A model generated the notes under the pieces. It saw nothing but the letters and a program-made list of their open reading frames with translations. It had not been told where the DNA came from and did no database searches. Below, piece after piece: positions 1 to 12,502 of a stretch of 31,221 nucleotides of DNA (position 1 is its first letter; the number at the start of each line of letters is the position of its first letter). Both the position numbers and the translations under genes were made by a program. The DNA is taken from positions 1-31,221 of the forward strand of contig NEEC01000172.1 in the NCBI GenBank assembly GCA_002189035.1, read 5' to 3'. The DNA comes from Utricularia gibba (taxonomy: Eukaryota; Plantae; Magnoliophyta).

Positions 1-3000
1 AAGCATGTTTCCAGATTACTAACATTCATAAAGGAATTATTAAGTGCAAATGAGTGGCTCTCCACCATGTTTCTGAATCAAGAAAGCATAAGACTCTATT
101 GTCATATTCAATGCATGTAAATCACCATTACAAAATATATGAAGTCCTTACGTGTTCCCTTGTTGGCATTGTTCAGGAGATGAATTTGTCAAGGCAAAAT
201 TGTTGAATGAAACATCGCTACAAGTATTATACGAAAGAAAAAATATTGAAGGTTGCAAGTGGTGACTGAAAGAAAAGTAACTGTAAAATGTTATATGACT
301 TACATAACGTTGTCACTAGCTGAAATCCTTCTTGGTATTTTTCCTGTTAATTTGTTACCAGTTAAATACCTATTAGCACAAAACATGAAGGTTTAGAATC
401 ATAGTTCTTGAGAAAATATGATCTCAATTAAAATGGCCTGAGGGAGGCAAAGAACACTTACATGTTTTTAATTTTCTTGGGAGGAAGAGAGTCAGGGATT
501 ACACCAGTCAAATTATTAAAGCTAAGGTCCCTATGTTGATGAGCTTATACCGTGAAGATTTGAGCTAAAATGCATACTAAGGACAACATCTATCGAACGA
601 TAAGTGTTTTCACTTACAATGTTTCTAACTTGGAAAGATTTCCAATATACTCTGGGATACTGCCTTGAATAGAGCAACGCCTTAGTATCCTGTGAAAGAG
701 ATGTGGATTCAACATGAACAATTTTGGCCAGAGAGTTAAAAGAAACCAAGGACTCACAGGTGTTTGAACTCTCCCCAATTGCTTATTAAGGGAAAATCTG
801 ATACCCCTCCAACCAGATCACTGATTCGTCTGCATGGTAAACGACCGTTAAACCTATATTCACAAGTAATAATGCTCAGTAAAAACATTTGCAAGCCACC
901 TACAAGTCCTTTAATTTTTTCAGGGAAGAAAACGATGAGGGAATCGGGCCACTCAGACGGAACCTTGCAGGTACCTGTATGGTGAATGAAAGTTGCTCAA
1001 GAAGGAGCCAATCACATTCAACAGAATCAAACATGCATACAACAGGGTGATGAAAAAGCTTACAGTTTCTCAAGTTTGGTTATTCTGCCGATAAAATCTG
1101 GAACCATTCCCGTGAAATTATTGTCATTAGCCTCCTAAAATATTAAAGGGTTGCAGCTAAGTCAGAGTAAAGAAGCTTCCAATCTCGGAGGAAGAATACT
1201 AAAACCAGCAACAGAAAGACAAATCATCTGTAATCCCTGTTACATTAGTTTTTCCACGATAGTGTTGAGATGGGGGCAAGCAAAATGTACTCACAAGTCA
1301 GCCAGGGATGTCATGTTGGTTAACTCCACTGGTAGTGTCCCCGTGAAAAAATTCGATGACAGGATGCTGGAAAAGCAGGGGAAAATCAATACCTTAAGAA
1401 CCATTTACACACAGGAAGTGACATATAGCAGAACATACAGATTTTCTACGTGAACAAGAGTCCAATCTGAGGAGGAATGGATCCATGAAACTGGTTCCCC
1501 TCAAGACTCCTTCATACAAGAGGTCAGTATAAACGTATTATACCTCGGAGCAGCCTAAAAGTCTCAGCATGATGATTCACATATGAGTTTGCCCTAGCCA
1601 TGATAACAAATAAAACAATGATCACTGAAGTCTAATCATACAGGTTAAGGAGGCTGGTCATTCTTGTGAGAAACGTGGGAAACGGACCAGACAAACGGTT
1701 TCCCATGAAAGACCTGCACATAAACAAAAGGGAAATTAAATTTGGTGCTGACTTCAAAATGGGGTAGAAAGGCAGGTTGAACAAAGGGATTACAGGTTTT
1801 CCAATTTCAGTTTCCCCAATTCAAGGGTATGTTCCCACGAAAGTAGTTTCGACTAAGATCCCTGAAAGAAAAAAAAACGCAAATAAGACGATACACTTGA
1901 ATGTTTGAACAGAGTTCAAAGTCATTTGGGATGTGCCAAAATTTCAAACAGCATCATAAACAATAATTTTTAATGAAGAAGACTTACAATACTTTAAGAT
2001 AGGGCAACTTAGCAAACTCTGGTGGAACATTACCAGTCAGATTTTGTGATTTCAAAGCTCTACATCAATTCAATATGACACAGTTAGCAACTGGAATATC
2101 ATTATCATTTATGGTATAGCAGCAATATATGTGAGTCAAGTCCCACTTCCCAGTACAGTATTAGCACAAATACGCTTCTACTTCACGTAGACATTGTAAA
2201 CCTACATGAATGTTGAAGCTCATGATTCATCAACTAAAAATCCAATCTTTTAACACGGAACATGTATCTTAAACAAGAAGACTCAATTAGTCATCAGAAA
2301 GGACTAAAAGAACAAGTAGAATGACTCAAGAAAAGGATATATCTCTTTCACCAGATAAAAGAAATCGACTGATTGACTTGACGACACATACGGCAAGGTC
2401 ATGATTGACTTGGCTCAGTCAACACTTGAGTCATTCTTCACACGTTTATTGAACGCTCAGTCAAATAAGCAGGGAGATCACACAAGGACTCTATTTCCTC
2501 TACTTCTCTGTCTACAACTCACTTTTTTCATTGTCTTCTTTTTCCCAATATATCTGATTGTGGGGCGAATTGAAATGGAAGATGAGAACATACGTGTAAT
2601 TAACGTGGCAGACAGTATTTATTGCTAAACGTGCAATCGCATCGAACTTGGCTTTGAATGCTTGCACGTTGAAAGGGTAAACTCCAATTCCCTTCCCCAC
2701 TGCATGGATCCTTGCTAAAGTCCCAGTCTTCTTCCCTATACGCTTCGCAATCGCCTTCAACGCTGCCACTATCACCGATGACAAAGCAAGCGAATCAAGC
2801 AAACAACACAATCTCATGCGTACACAGAAGGTGATATCTTACGCAACAGTTAACTCTAACCCAGAAACAGAACAGAAAAAAGAATGCAAGAAACGAGCCA
2901 GGGGAGTTGCAAACACCTGACCCATTTCAAAAACTAAGACTACTGATTACCTTCGCTTGGAACAAGTTTTCCGTGGTGGCCAAGTCAGCCGATGAAGCTA

Positions 3001-3049
3001 CAACTCCGCAGAGAATCAACATGAAGCACAAAATCTTGGCAAGTCCCAT
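1..3049 (-). CDS. LRR receptor-like kinase, subfamily LRR-VIII-2 (At1g07650-like), 5' part; apparent frameshifts
   Basis: 15 GT-AG exons: 3049-2951, 2768-2594, 2059-1988, 1861-1794, 1713-1642, 1509-1439, 1366-1295, 1134-1064, 974-904, 829-758, 689-618, 530-462, 369-304, 217-152, 72-<1. Signal peptide MGLAKILCFMLILCGVVASSA; LRR N-cap (DWDFSKDPCSGEGNW...CDCTF...CHV); one LRR per 66-72 bp phase-2 exon (ALKSQNLTGNVPPEFAKLPYLKVL, SFMGNRLSGPFP, ILRRCSIQGSIPEYIGNLSKLETL, DLSFNNLTGVIP). Frameshifts near 2972, 2728/2619, 1812, 1456, 1127 and 958. Malectin and kinase domains are expected beyond the left edge and are not seen. Confidence 0.9.
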
Positions 3050-4659
3050 TCTTCTTGTGTTTTCCCCTTAACCCACGAAAGCTGGTTCACTTGGTGAGGA
3101 GCGAAGAGGAGACTGACTATATATGGACTGGACGCATCAAGAGTTCGCTCCCTTGTCTAGTTTTCATGGGGAAACCTGTCTGAGACTCATTCGTGATTTG
3201 TAAGTTTGGTCCCATGGTCTCTGACTCCGCGTTCTTTTGCTATTTGAACATCGGAAATAATTAATTTATGCTATTCAAAAACTAAACAAATTTAATTAAA
3301 GATGAATTTTAAGAAATTTTAAATAATTGAATATTACTGATGTCAATCATTTTTATAATAATGGTTATTATATCAAAATATTTATGTAAATAATTGGTAT
3401 TAAGTTATTGAGCATCAATTTTTTTAAACAATAGTGATTAATTTTACCAATATTTTGAAACAATGAAAACTAATTATATCCAATTTGTAAACATTGAAGA
3501 TTGTTTTTGTAATTTTTACAAAGAGTAAGAATCAATGACGTGAAAGAGCACAAATTAGTACTCTGAAAACTCTATCCTATACAGTCATATGTTTAAATTT
3601 CGAGTTTTGGTCTCTTATTTCAAAATAAAATATTCTTGAAATTTCCTCAAATTTCTATTTTGAACCCAATTAAAAATTTTCTTAAATTTCAAGCGTTGCA
3701 TTAAGAAATGGTCGTAGATTGGGTTCGATCCGGTACCAACAAGAACTGAAACCAAACACATTTAAATATTGAATTATTCAGTTTTTATCCACATGATTAC
3801 TTTCGTTTATTAATTGATTTCGGTTTTAAATAGTAACCATTTATAAATTTTTTTATTTATATTTATATTTTAAATATTAATGATCTAAAATTTCAATTGT
3901 ATTTTATTTTTGTTGAGATATAAATGATAAATTTATATTATTAACTTTAAATAATCTATGTATTTATTTTAAAAATATAATATATAATATAATCAATTTT
4001 ATAAAAAAATAATCAATTCAATTTTAAATAAACATTCATAAAAATTTAAATCGAATCCAAATCATTTATTATCAGTTCCAATTTATCGATTTCAATCATA
4101 ATAATAATATCTTATCCATCCACATCCCTAATCGCACCCCACCCCGTCATCACTTCAAACCCTACACGGAAAATGCAATTATTGAACGGGCCCACTAAAA
4201 TGGCTGAATTGGTCAATGATTGGCTAATACAAAATTAAGATTATATACATATTACAAAACCACTAGCTGTTATTTATTTGTGAAACAAATCTGAAACGGT
4301 TTACGAGAGACGTAGGCCATGGAATGCACCTATTCCTAAGACATGGAGCAGGCAGCATATGATCGATCGAGATGAAGCAATGCTCGCGCCTTCGCGAGGA
4401 CGAGGAAGGAGATTTGATGCATGATGGTCGTGATTCCAACTCTGGGACCAAAAGAAACCCGGGAGAAGATTCAGTTGCACGGCTTGGACAATGTTTGTGT
4501 CCCATTAGGGATGGAAACGAAACCCCACAACTGCTTAATTGCTTTTCATGCATCTGAACCGGTTGCTTTGCACCTGGTATGTGTATACACAGTGTGTTCC
4601 TTGTGTTTGAATCATCCATGGTATAAGCACCGATACAGAGAGAGAAATAGGGCTGAGCG

Positions 4660-6527
4660 TCAGTGGAATCTTCTCTGGGGCGGCTTGATATACTTGAATG
4701 ACGATGATGATGATGAAGACGGAGGGGGAGGCGGCTTCACACTTTTGAAGGAAAAGGGCAGCGTAAGAATGCGTTAACCAAGAATAAAATCATATGGGTG
4801 ACTGTACTTGAATTGAGGATGGCTAGTACCTGCTGCTGTTCCTGACCACCGGATTCTTCTTCAGACTGGCGAGATTTTTCACCTCACGGCTGTAAAAAAC
4901 CAGTTCCAAAGGGGTAAGGAGTCAGAGATACGCAAACCCTGTTGATTATCATTTATAAGAGTTTCTCAGGGATGCAATAAGTATCACAAACAAAAAAGAA
5001 AAACCAATGAATGCATGCACAGTTTTCAAGATGAGAAGTGAATAACATCATGACCGATCAATCAACAGTATCGCATCCACACGTGCAAGAAATTACTTAT
5101 TCCAACAAAAACAAACATCATAAGAAAAAGCAGGCGATGTCATCAAATTAAGTGATAAACTTATGGAGAATGGTCCATTTCCCAAGGAAAAAAACTCTGA
5201 TGGCAGGTGGGCACCGGAAAGTCAAGTGATGAATTGTTCTCTGTGGATCCTCTCCCCATGTCTGGGAAGAGAAACCATCAGTTGGTTGCAACAACCAATA
5301 AGAACATACGCAGACTTTTATTGGTTTTGACACCACTTTCACTATGTTAGTTAAGGTGTCTTCTGGTAGAAGGCAAAGCATCCACCACAACAGTACTCAA
5401 ACACGCTCGCATTTTTTATACCAACCCTTCTTATGTCTGATCAGTGCACCAGCATTCAATGCACGGACATGTAGTTTTAAAAGGTGAAATTTCAAGATTA
5501 AACATCAACGTAGAGAAACATCAAAAGAAAGGTAAATAGCTTCTAGATCTTACCAGTTGACAAATTCGCCTTGCTTTCTTCATCAGTGAACTTTTGGTAT
5601 CATATGGGCTGCCTATATAATTTGAAATCACATTTGAGTCAATCCAATACGTTTACTCAAGACATAAAATGACCCTTCAACAAGCCAAGTTACATAGGTA
5701 CCTCCAAAGTATCTTTTAGAGCCACTGGGAGGGACTTTGTTGCAAACCTGAACTTGTCGACTCATTTTCTCTGCAACAATACATCGTTAAAAAAACCTAT
5801 CTAATGTCTTAAAAACTTTTGCTTCATGCTTTGTCATTGGTGGCCACCTAAACAAAGTGAGCAAAGGTCTTGAACAACCTTTATCTTAATAAGCGACTGT
5901 TTCAAGAATTATGCGAAGATGAAATTGAGAGAGAAGAAGCAAGTGAATCACACTTACTAGCACGCTCTTGCTCATAATGTTGTTTTAAACGAGCAAGTGA
6001 ATCTTCTGTCATCTTCTCCCTCTCCTCCAATTTTGCCTGGGGCAATGCGAAGCCAACATGAACTACCAAGGAACATTCACAACTTGACTTGCAAACTGAC
6101 AAACGAACAAGTACCTCGTACAATTTCCGCCATTTAATGTTGACTCTTTTCTGCTTCATTCTCCCAACAACAGCATTCATGCTCTCCTTTCCAAACTGTG
6201 ACTCGTAAAATTTCTTCCACAACTTATCAGTAACAGGGCTAAGATCTCTACCCTGAAAATGGAACACACTTACTGACACAACAATGAAAAAGAACCCAAC
6301 AAAAATCAGATATTTCGAAACAAAAACCTCACCCTCGTACTGTCCTCGATATGCCTCAACTGATCGAGTGTACAATGGGACAGAAAGCGATCCAGGAGAT
6401 GATTTTCAGTTTCCCCAACATCTCCAAGAAACCTAACATTATCTATCGCCACCTGAACACAAAGGTCGACTAACGAAGGCAATTTCTGCATATTCATTTC
6501 CGCTGTCGAAAAATCAGAATCCAACAT
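4660..6527 (-). CDS. Plant Elongin A-like protein (transcription elongation factor B polypeptide 3 family, At2g42780-like)
   Basis: Exons 6527(or 6497/6491)-6333, 6252-6115, 6036-5958, 5770-5702, 5612-5554, 4889-4830, 4741-4660. Motifs LPSLVDLCVQVAIDNVRFLGDVG, HCTLDQLRHIED, DLSPVTDKLWKKFY, KWRKLYE, RQVQVCNKVPP, LMKKA, REVKNLA. The 59-bp exon 5 is out of phase with exon 6 (frameshift near 5570). Start codon uncertain. Confidence 0.85.
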
Positions 6528-7512
6528 CAACACACAACATTTACCCCTAAAAAATCGTAATTCGCCACACAAATCGTCAAAGTTCCCCAAGAAAAGAACT
6601 GAATAAGCGCTGGCACAATACCACTTGTAAGATCCAAGTTGCGGAAGGATCGATCGGAGGATGATTTCGATCCGAAGGGAGTGAAATCGAAATCAAGACT
6701 TGTCCTTGCCTAACCGGAATCAACACCTGTGCGGATATTTACCAAAAAGGCATTCACTTTAGATTTTTGTTCAAAACTTTGGAAATTTTTTATCCAAGTT
6801 ACTAAAGTTGAATAAAATCAAATATCACCCCATGGGAACAAAATAAAATATTTTTCTACCTCCTGCATAAATATAGTAAATTTAAATCAATATATTTTAT
6901 AGTATTTATATGGTAACAATTTAAAAAAATGGTTTCTCACGGTGTGAATCTTGATTGAACTAACAAATAAATCAAATCAATATTTATGTAGATATCATAA
7001 AATATATTTAATTGATAAATTATAAATATCATGAAAAATAATCTATTCATAAAAAATGATTATATCCCTACTATTTTATAATATAAAATAGCAAATGAAT
7101 CATGAAATATATAAATTTCACCATAAGACCTAAGAGATAATTCACATACACTAAAATTAAGAATATTAAATTTCAATATCAATTCTTTATAAATCTTAAC
7201 ATGGTATTTATTATCATTTACTACCAAACACATACTTATGTCATCCATTCTCTGTTAGTTTCAATTTCAAAAATTAGATAATTAGTTGCATTAATTAATT
7301 GATTAATAATGCAAAACATGGTACTAAAGAGACTGGTTAGTAAACAACTTTCTTTAGAAGTCCAGTGTCTCAGCTGCTGCTGCTCCTCCTCGCCTCACTT
7401 CTAAATCCAATCTGCTGAATTGCTCCTCCAGGAGCACTCAAGTTAGCACATGCATTGCATTCCGAGAGTCAAAAAACAAGTGTAGAATGCTGAGTACACA
7501 CTCCTCTGGTCA

Positions 7513-9651
7513 TTAATCTACGTCCATTTCCTGCTCCTTCTCAGATTGCCTGCTGGTCCAGATCTTGATGGTCCGATCATGTGAGACGGATGCAATGAAT
7601 TGCCCATCTGTGGAAACATACAGAATCAGCGTATGAACAAGTTTTCAACCAGCAGTAGTTTAAGAGGATGAGTTTGGGAATCCTTGGGAGATTAGAGCGC
7701 ACCTCCCATTGCATCTATGGATGTAACTTTGGCCTCATGACCGGAGAGTGTCCTCACAGGCTTGAAATCTCTTGAAGACCAGATCTGGATATGAAAAGAG
7801 CAGCATGTTGGCAAGAGCATCGCCAAATGGATGTTGCGGCAAAAAAGCTATAAATGCACACCTTAACCGTCATGTCGTATGAAGATGTAATGAGAAAGTA
7901 CCCTTCCTGAGGTTCGTATTTGACCTGAGAGATGAGGTTGGAATGAGCAGGTATTATGGAGAGGCATTTTCTCTTCCTCAAGTCCCATATTCTGCAGGAA
8001 TTATCTTCGCCACCGGTAGCTAGATGATAACCGTTTGGAGAAAAGTCGAGACCAAGGACCTGAGAGCAAAGGGAGATATAAGCATTTCCCTACTAGAGTG
8101 TGGAGAACAGAAGCAACTAAAGAAAAGGGATTTTACAGGCTTGACATGGCCTTCCAGAACAAGAATACTTCTGCCGGATCTCAGATCCCAGACACGAGCG
8201 AGAGCGTCAAGCCCACAAGATGCAGCTAAGGAGCCATCCTGATGAAAACATATTCCATAGACACTCTACTATGACCTTCCTGGAGAAGCAACTCGTCACC
8301 TGTTTCTACATCCCATAATCTCCATGTTCTGTCAAAGCTTGCTGTGCCTAAATATTTCCCTGTAGGATGAAATGCAATACGAGCCAAGCGATCCAGATGC
8401 CCCTGAAATGTTCTCAAAGCTGATCCCTGGGTACTCCACAGTTTTGCACTTCTATCAGCAGAAGCAGTCGCCAGTTGGGTTCCCAGTGGAGAAAATGCAA
8501 CATCAGTAGCTCGTTCAGTATGCCCCTTCAACTCAGAAACTAGCTTTACCCCAGGCATGCTCCACAGCTTTGCAACCCCAGTTAAAGAGCTAGAAACAAG
8601 GGGATGATGAATCCCATCAGCTAATGAGAATAGCTCGTTACATACAGCAAATATGAAAACATAACACAGCTAAAACATTGCATCTCAAGTTAGTGGACAC
8701 ATACAATCACATCTATAAAAAGGTATCTGCCAATTTTAACAAAAAACTAAAAAAATACCAGGTTGCAAGAGTCTTTCCATCATGTGAAACTGAACATCCA
8801 GAGAGGGGCCGATCGTCACCGATCTCACTGCATTCCAGGGCAAGCGTTGAAGCATGTTTCAGAGCCCAGTCTATCTCTGCATCTAAATCCTCATCAGGAT
8901 CATCTACTCTACGCCTCGCACGATTAAGGCGCTTTGCAGCCTTTACAAGCGAATACTTTGCAATTTCTCTACGAGCCTCTAGTAGTGCTTGTGAACCTTC
9001 AGTGTAAAAGGGGTATTGTATATGTTCTTCAGGTTCTTCAGATAAAGCGGAAGCTGTCGTTTCTTCATCCTCATGTGCCTTCATAAGCTTTTCAAGCTGC
9101 CCTTCAGAATCGAGCTTTGCCATAAGGGCCCGCAACCGATCACGTCTCTCCATCTCCCTCTCCCCAAAGAGAGTGATAGGTTCACCAAGACGCCGAAGCC
9201 TAGCACAGACTGCACTATCATTGGTAGGAACAGCCAAAGCTGCTGCACGGCGCTTCATCATAAGCTCCTGCACAGCTTTCTCATTCCTCTCTCTAGCCTG
9301 TTTGCTCTCTTCAGAGATATGATATTCCTGCGTCGACCCTTTAGAAGCACGGCTTGGCACCGACTCTTCATGCTCAGAATTGAAGTCACTACTTCGAATA
9401 TCCCCATTCCGAACAAGAGGAGAATTGACCACCGGGTTCCGAAGAGGCAATGGTGCCAAAGGCCTTGGGACAGGAGGGGGAACACCTGGTATGGGAGCAA
9501 TGGGAGGAGGTACGGCAGGCGTTGGAGCAAAAGAAGCGACAACATCACTACTGGGCGCTGAGACTGCATCAATTTCAGTAGCGTCATCATCAACGGTTAC
9601 AGAGGTCTGCGCGGCTGAGCTAGCGACGGGAGTTTCCTCATCGACGCCCAT
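7513..9651 (-). CDS. PRP4: U4/U6 snRNP Prp4-like WD40 protein (LACHESIS orthologue; not the PRP4 kinase)
   Basis: Exons 9651-8759, 8590-8137, 8059-7862, 7784-7703, 7607-7513. SFM/PRP4 motif [34 protein letters not shown] followed by WD40 repeats ([52 protein letters not shown]). One base is missing near 8265 ([21 protein letters not shown] continues in the shifted frame). Probable 5'UTR intron at about 9657-9886. Confidence 0.93.
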
Positions 9652-10022
9652 TTTTCTACCAAGAACAACAAAAGCGAAAACCCATAAAAATCATTCTCTT
9701 AGTTCCAGAAATTCAGCATTCAAATGGATAAAAAATAACGTTTTCGCTGATTCTCAACAACCAAATCAAGCATCTCTCTCTCACTAGAAATGAAAAATTC
9801 ACAGAGAACTCCGAGCCAACTTCCAAAATTCATGGAGATTAACACCAAGCACTAAGAAAACTCGCGCGTGAACGCAAACACCGTACCTGTGCTTGCCGCC
9901 GTCGAGGACACGCAGCCGTGAAGCAAAGTCCACTACCCGGTAAGCAAGAACCGATTATTCTCCGTCTGGTTCCCTGCAAGTGCACAGAGTCATCTACCCA
10001 GAACCCCCACAATGCAAAAGCT

Positions 10023-10108
10023 AGCCCAAATAAAGCCCATCAAGCTTACCAGTTAAAATTCAAAGCATCGGCCCAAAAAATGTAAAAGATGGGCCTCAAA
10101 TAAGCCCA
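10023..10108. promoter_or_regulatory. Cluster of five site II (TGGGCY) motifs in the divergent PRP4/SYP5 promoter
   Basis: AGCCCA 10023-28, AGCCCA 10034-39, GGCCCA 10070-75, TGGGCC 10090-95, AGCCCA 10103-08, between head-to-head genes. Site II is the known TCP-binding element of plant housekeeping promoters. Confidence 0.6.
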
Positions 10109-10953
10109 TTAATCATACACATCTGATTATTGCCAAAAAGTGTATGACTGTAGAAGGGATGAATTTATTTTAAAATTGACTCGATTTTGAGCAGAATAAA
10201 AATTCATGATGAGGTGTTTTTTTAATATATATATTTTTTCGAAAAATTCATATATAAGAATGCTATAAAAGATAGTTTCGTTACTGAAATTGGTTACTGC
10301 TCTTACAGGTTAATTAATTAATTAAAGGGACTCTCTGGACTAGGACGACTCTTCGCCGTCCGTCGTGATTAGATTTCAGCGGCGACTTTTCGCCGCGGTA
10401 CGTCTTGCCCTGGTCGTCGATGGATTCTTCAACAGATCTTTAGGAGCGCGTCCGTAAAGACGACTTTTGTGCTTCCTATTTGAGGGGATTGCTCGATAGA
10501 ATCCAATTTAGGGTTCGTTAAAGCATACGATCATTCGCATTTAAGCTGTCCTCGTTGTTCAAATTTGCGGGGGAGGTATCTAGATGTTTTTGTTCTTGTA
10601 TTTTCATATCTTGATATATCCTGATTGATGCTCCAATTTTGACACTTGGATCGTAAACTTTTCAGATGATTGAGTAGAAAAATAAAGGAATTTGAAAGCG
10701 TAATATTCACTTATAGGTATTTTCTGTGGCTTTGAGGTGTCAAAGTTAAATTCTTTGTTAAACTACATTCATGTTTTTCCAGCGTATTTTGTCTGAGATC
10801 ACATTAGTCTAATTCTCTGATTGTTGTGAAGCCTACATTTTAAAATTACCTCTTGTCGCGCTCCAGTCAGTCAGCCGAGGCATTGAATATATGCTCGTTC
10901 TTGGGAACCATGGTTATTTACGTTGACTAAAAAGCTGTATGTTTTACAAGACA

Positions 10954-12322
10954 ATGGCAGCTTCGTCCGACTCATGGGTGAGGGAGTACAATGAGGCAGT
11001 CAAACTTGCAGATGATATCAGCAGTATGATAAGTGATAAAAGTACGTTGCAAGTGATGGGCCCAGAAGCACAGAGGCATTCTTCCGCAATGAGGAGGAAA
11101 ATAACTATACTAGGAACCAAGCTTGATGGCCTAGATGTGCTCTTGTCCAAGCTTCCAGGAAAGCAGTCTATGTAAGAATCCCGATTCTTGAGGAAGTCAT
11201 CTATCTCTACAATGTTGCACCTTCTCTCATTTGAATTTATAACCTGTAAATGCTCTAACTAACAGTACGGTGAGGGAAATGAACCGTCGCAAGGACATGA
11301 TGAATAACTTGAGATCAAAGGTAAACCAGATGGCATCCATGTTAAACATGTCCAGTTTTGGAGACCGAGATGGATTGCTTGGCCCAGAAGTAAAACCAAT
11401 TGATGCTGTTACTAGAACACAGGATCTTGACAACCAGGGAATTGTCGTTCTCCAAAGGCAAATCATGAGAGGCTAGTTTTATCTCCAACCTCCTCTGCAT
11501 TTTGCCGCCCTTTGTTGTCGTCTTGACAGTTCATTGTTGTTTCTTCAGAACAAGATGAGGATCTTGATAAATTAGAGGAGACAGTCATAAGCACAAAACA
11601 CATCGCTCTAGCCGTGAATGAAGAGCTTGATCTACACACCAGATTGATCGTATGAATGCTTTTCTGATGTTTATATTTCCTAGAAATTTTGAATTTGTTG
11701 TATCCATGAATTATATATCGTGTGATGCAGGAAAATCTGGATGAACATGTTGATGTCACTGACTCAAGACTGCAGGTTACTTTTCTCCCTATAGAAAACG
11801 CTTCTTTTTGTGTTCACGTGATCGAAAACTTTTTCCAAGCTGGAACTTGTATGCAGATTAACTCCTTTTGAAATTTCTATGATCCTAAGCTTTAACGTGC
11901 CAGTTATCATTCGTGTATAAGTGCAACTCCAGCCTCAAAGCAGTGGGTTCCCAATTTTTTTCGCACCATACACCAAGGGTGGTGTGTGGGAATCCATGCA
12001 GTTAAATCTCATCGTTCATTTCTGCCAAACCTTTCCATGTCGTTCGACTTATCTCCTGTTTCAGAACATACATATCTTCATGCTTAGACTAGAAGTCTCT
12101 AACTACAAAATGCATTGTTTCATAAATTTATCTCCATTCTGTTCGACCAACTGACTCCCTTCTTCCCAACTATTTCTGGCATTGTAACAGCGAGTGCAGA
12201 AAAGGCTTGCAGTATTAAACAATCGAGCAAAGAGCGGCTGCTCCTGCTTATCCCTGCTCCTCTCAGTCATCGGTATTGTCATTTTAGCCACGGTTATATA
12301 TTTTCTGGTCAGGTACCTGTAA
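10954..12322 (+). CDS. SYP5: Syntaxin of plants 5 (SYP51/SYP52-type Qc-SNARE)
   Basis: Exons 10954-11171, 11266-11471, 11549-11649, 11731-11775, 12191-12322. MAASSDSWVREYNEAVKLADDI; SNARE motif QRQIMREQDEDLDKLEETVISTKHIALAVNEELDLHTRLI; C-terminal TM CLSLLLSVIGIVILATVIYFLV. Frame intact; intron 2 needs a GC donor. SYP51 and SYP52 cannot be told apart. Confidence 0.93.
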
Positions 12323-12502
12323 TTACCAGCAAAGAGAAGCAGCGTTGCTGGTGCTTCACTAACTCCATATTCGGAAATGACCTGTTTGTGTGTTTATAAA
12401 GCTGGTTTTTATGATCATGGTTTATACCTTGTCATATGTGAATGAGCGAGTAAATACAAAGAAACTTCATGGATGGTGTCTGGCCAAGCATTGATATACA
12501 CA

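Noticed and set aside
3700-4131. Possible hAT-derived MITE: CATCCCTA at ~4123-4130 and degenerate AACCGAA-like subterminal motifs
   Set aside because: The matching 5' TIR is too degenerate and I could not identify a TSD.
4263-4777. Overlapping short ORFs on both strands
   Set aside because: They overlap the last exon and 3' UTR of the Elongin A-like gene and have no recognisable motifs.
9073-9787. Long antisense and alternate-frame ORFs (162, 135, 111 aa)
   Set aside because: Shadow frames of the GC-rich PRP4 exon 1.
9880-9990. GC-rich segment upstream of PRP4 considered as a snRNA or snoRNA
   Set aside because: No proper C/D boxes, Sm site or match to U-snRNA sequences I recognise; it fits a 5'UTR exon.
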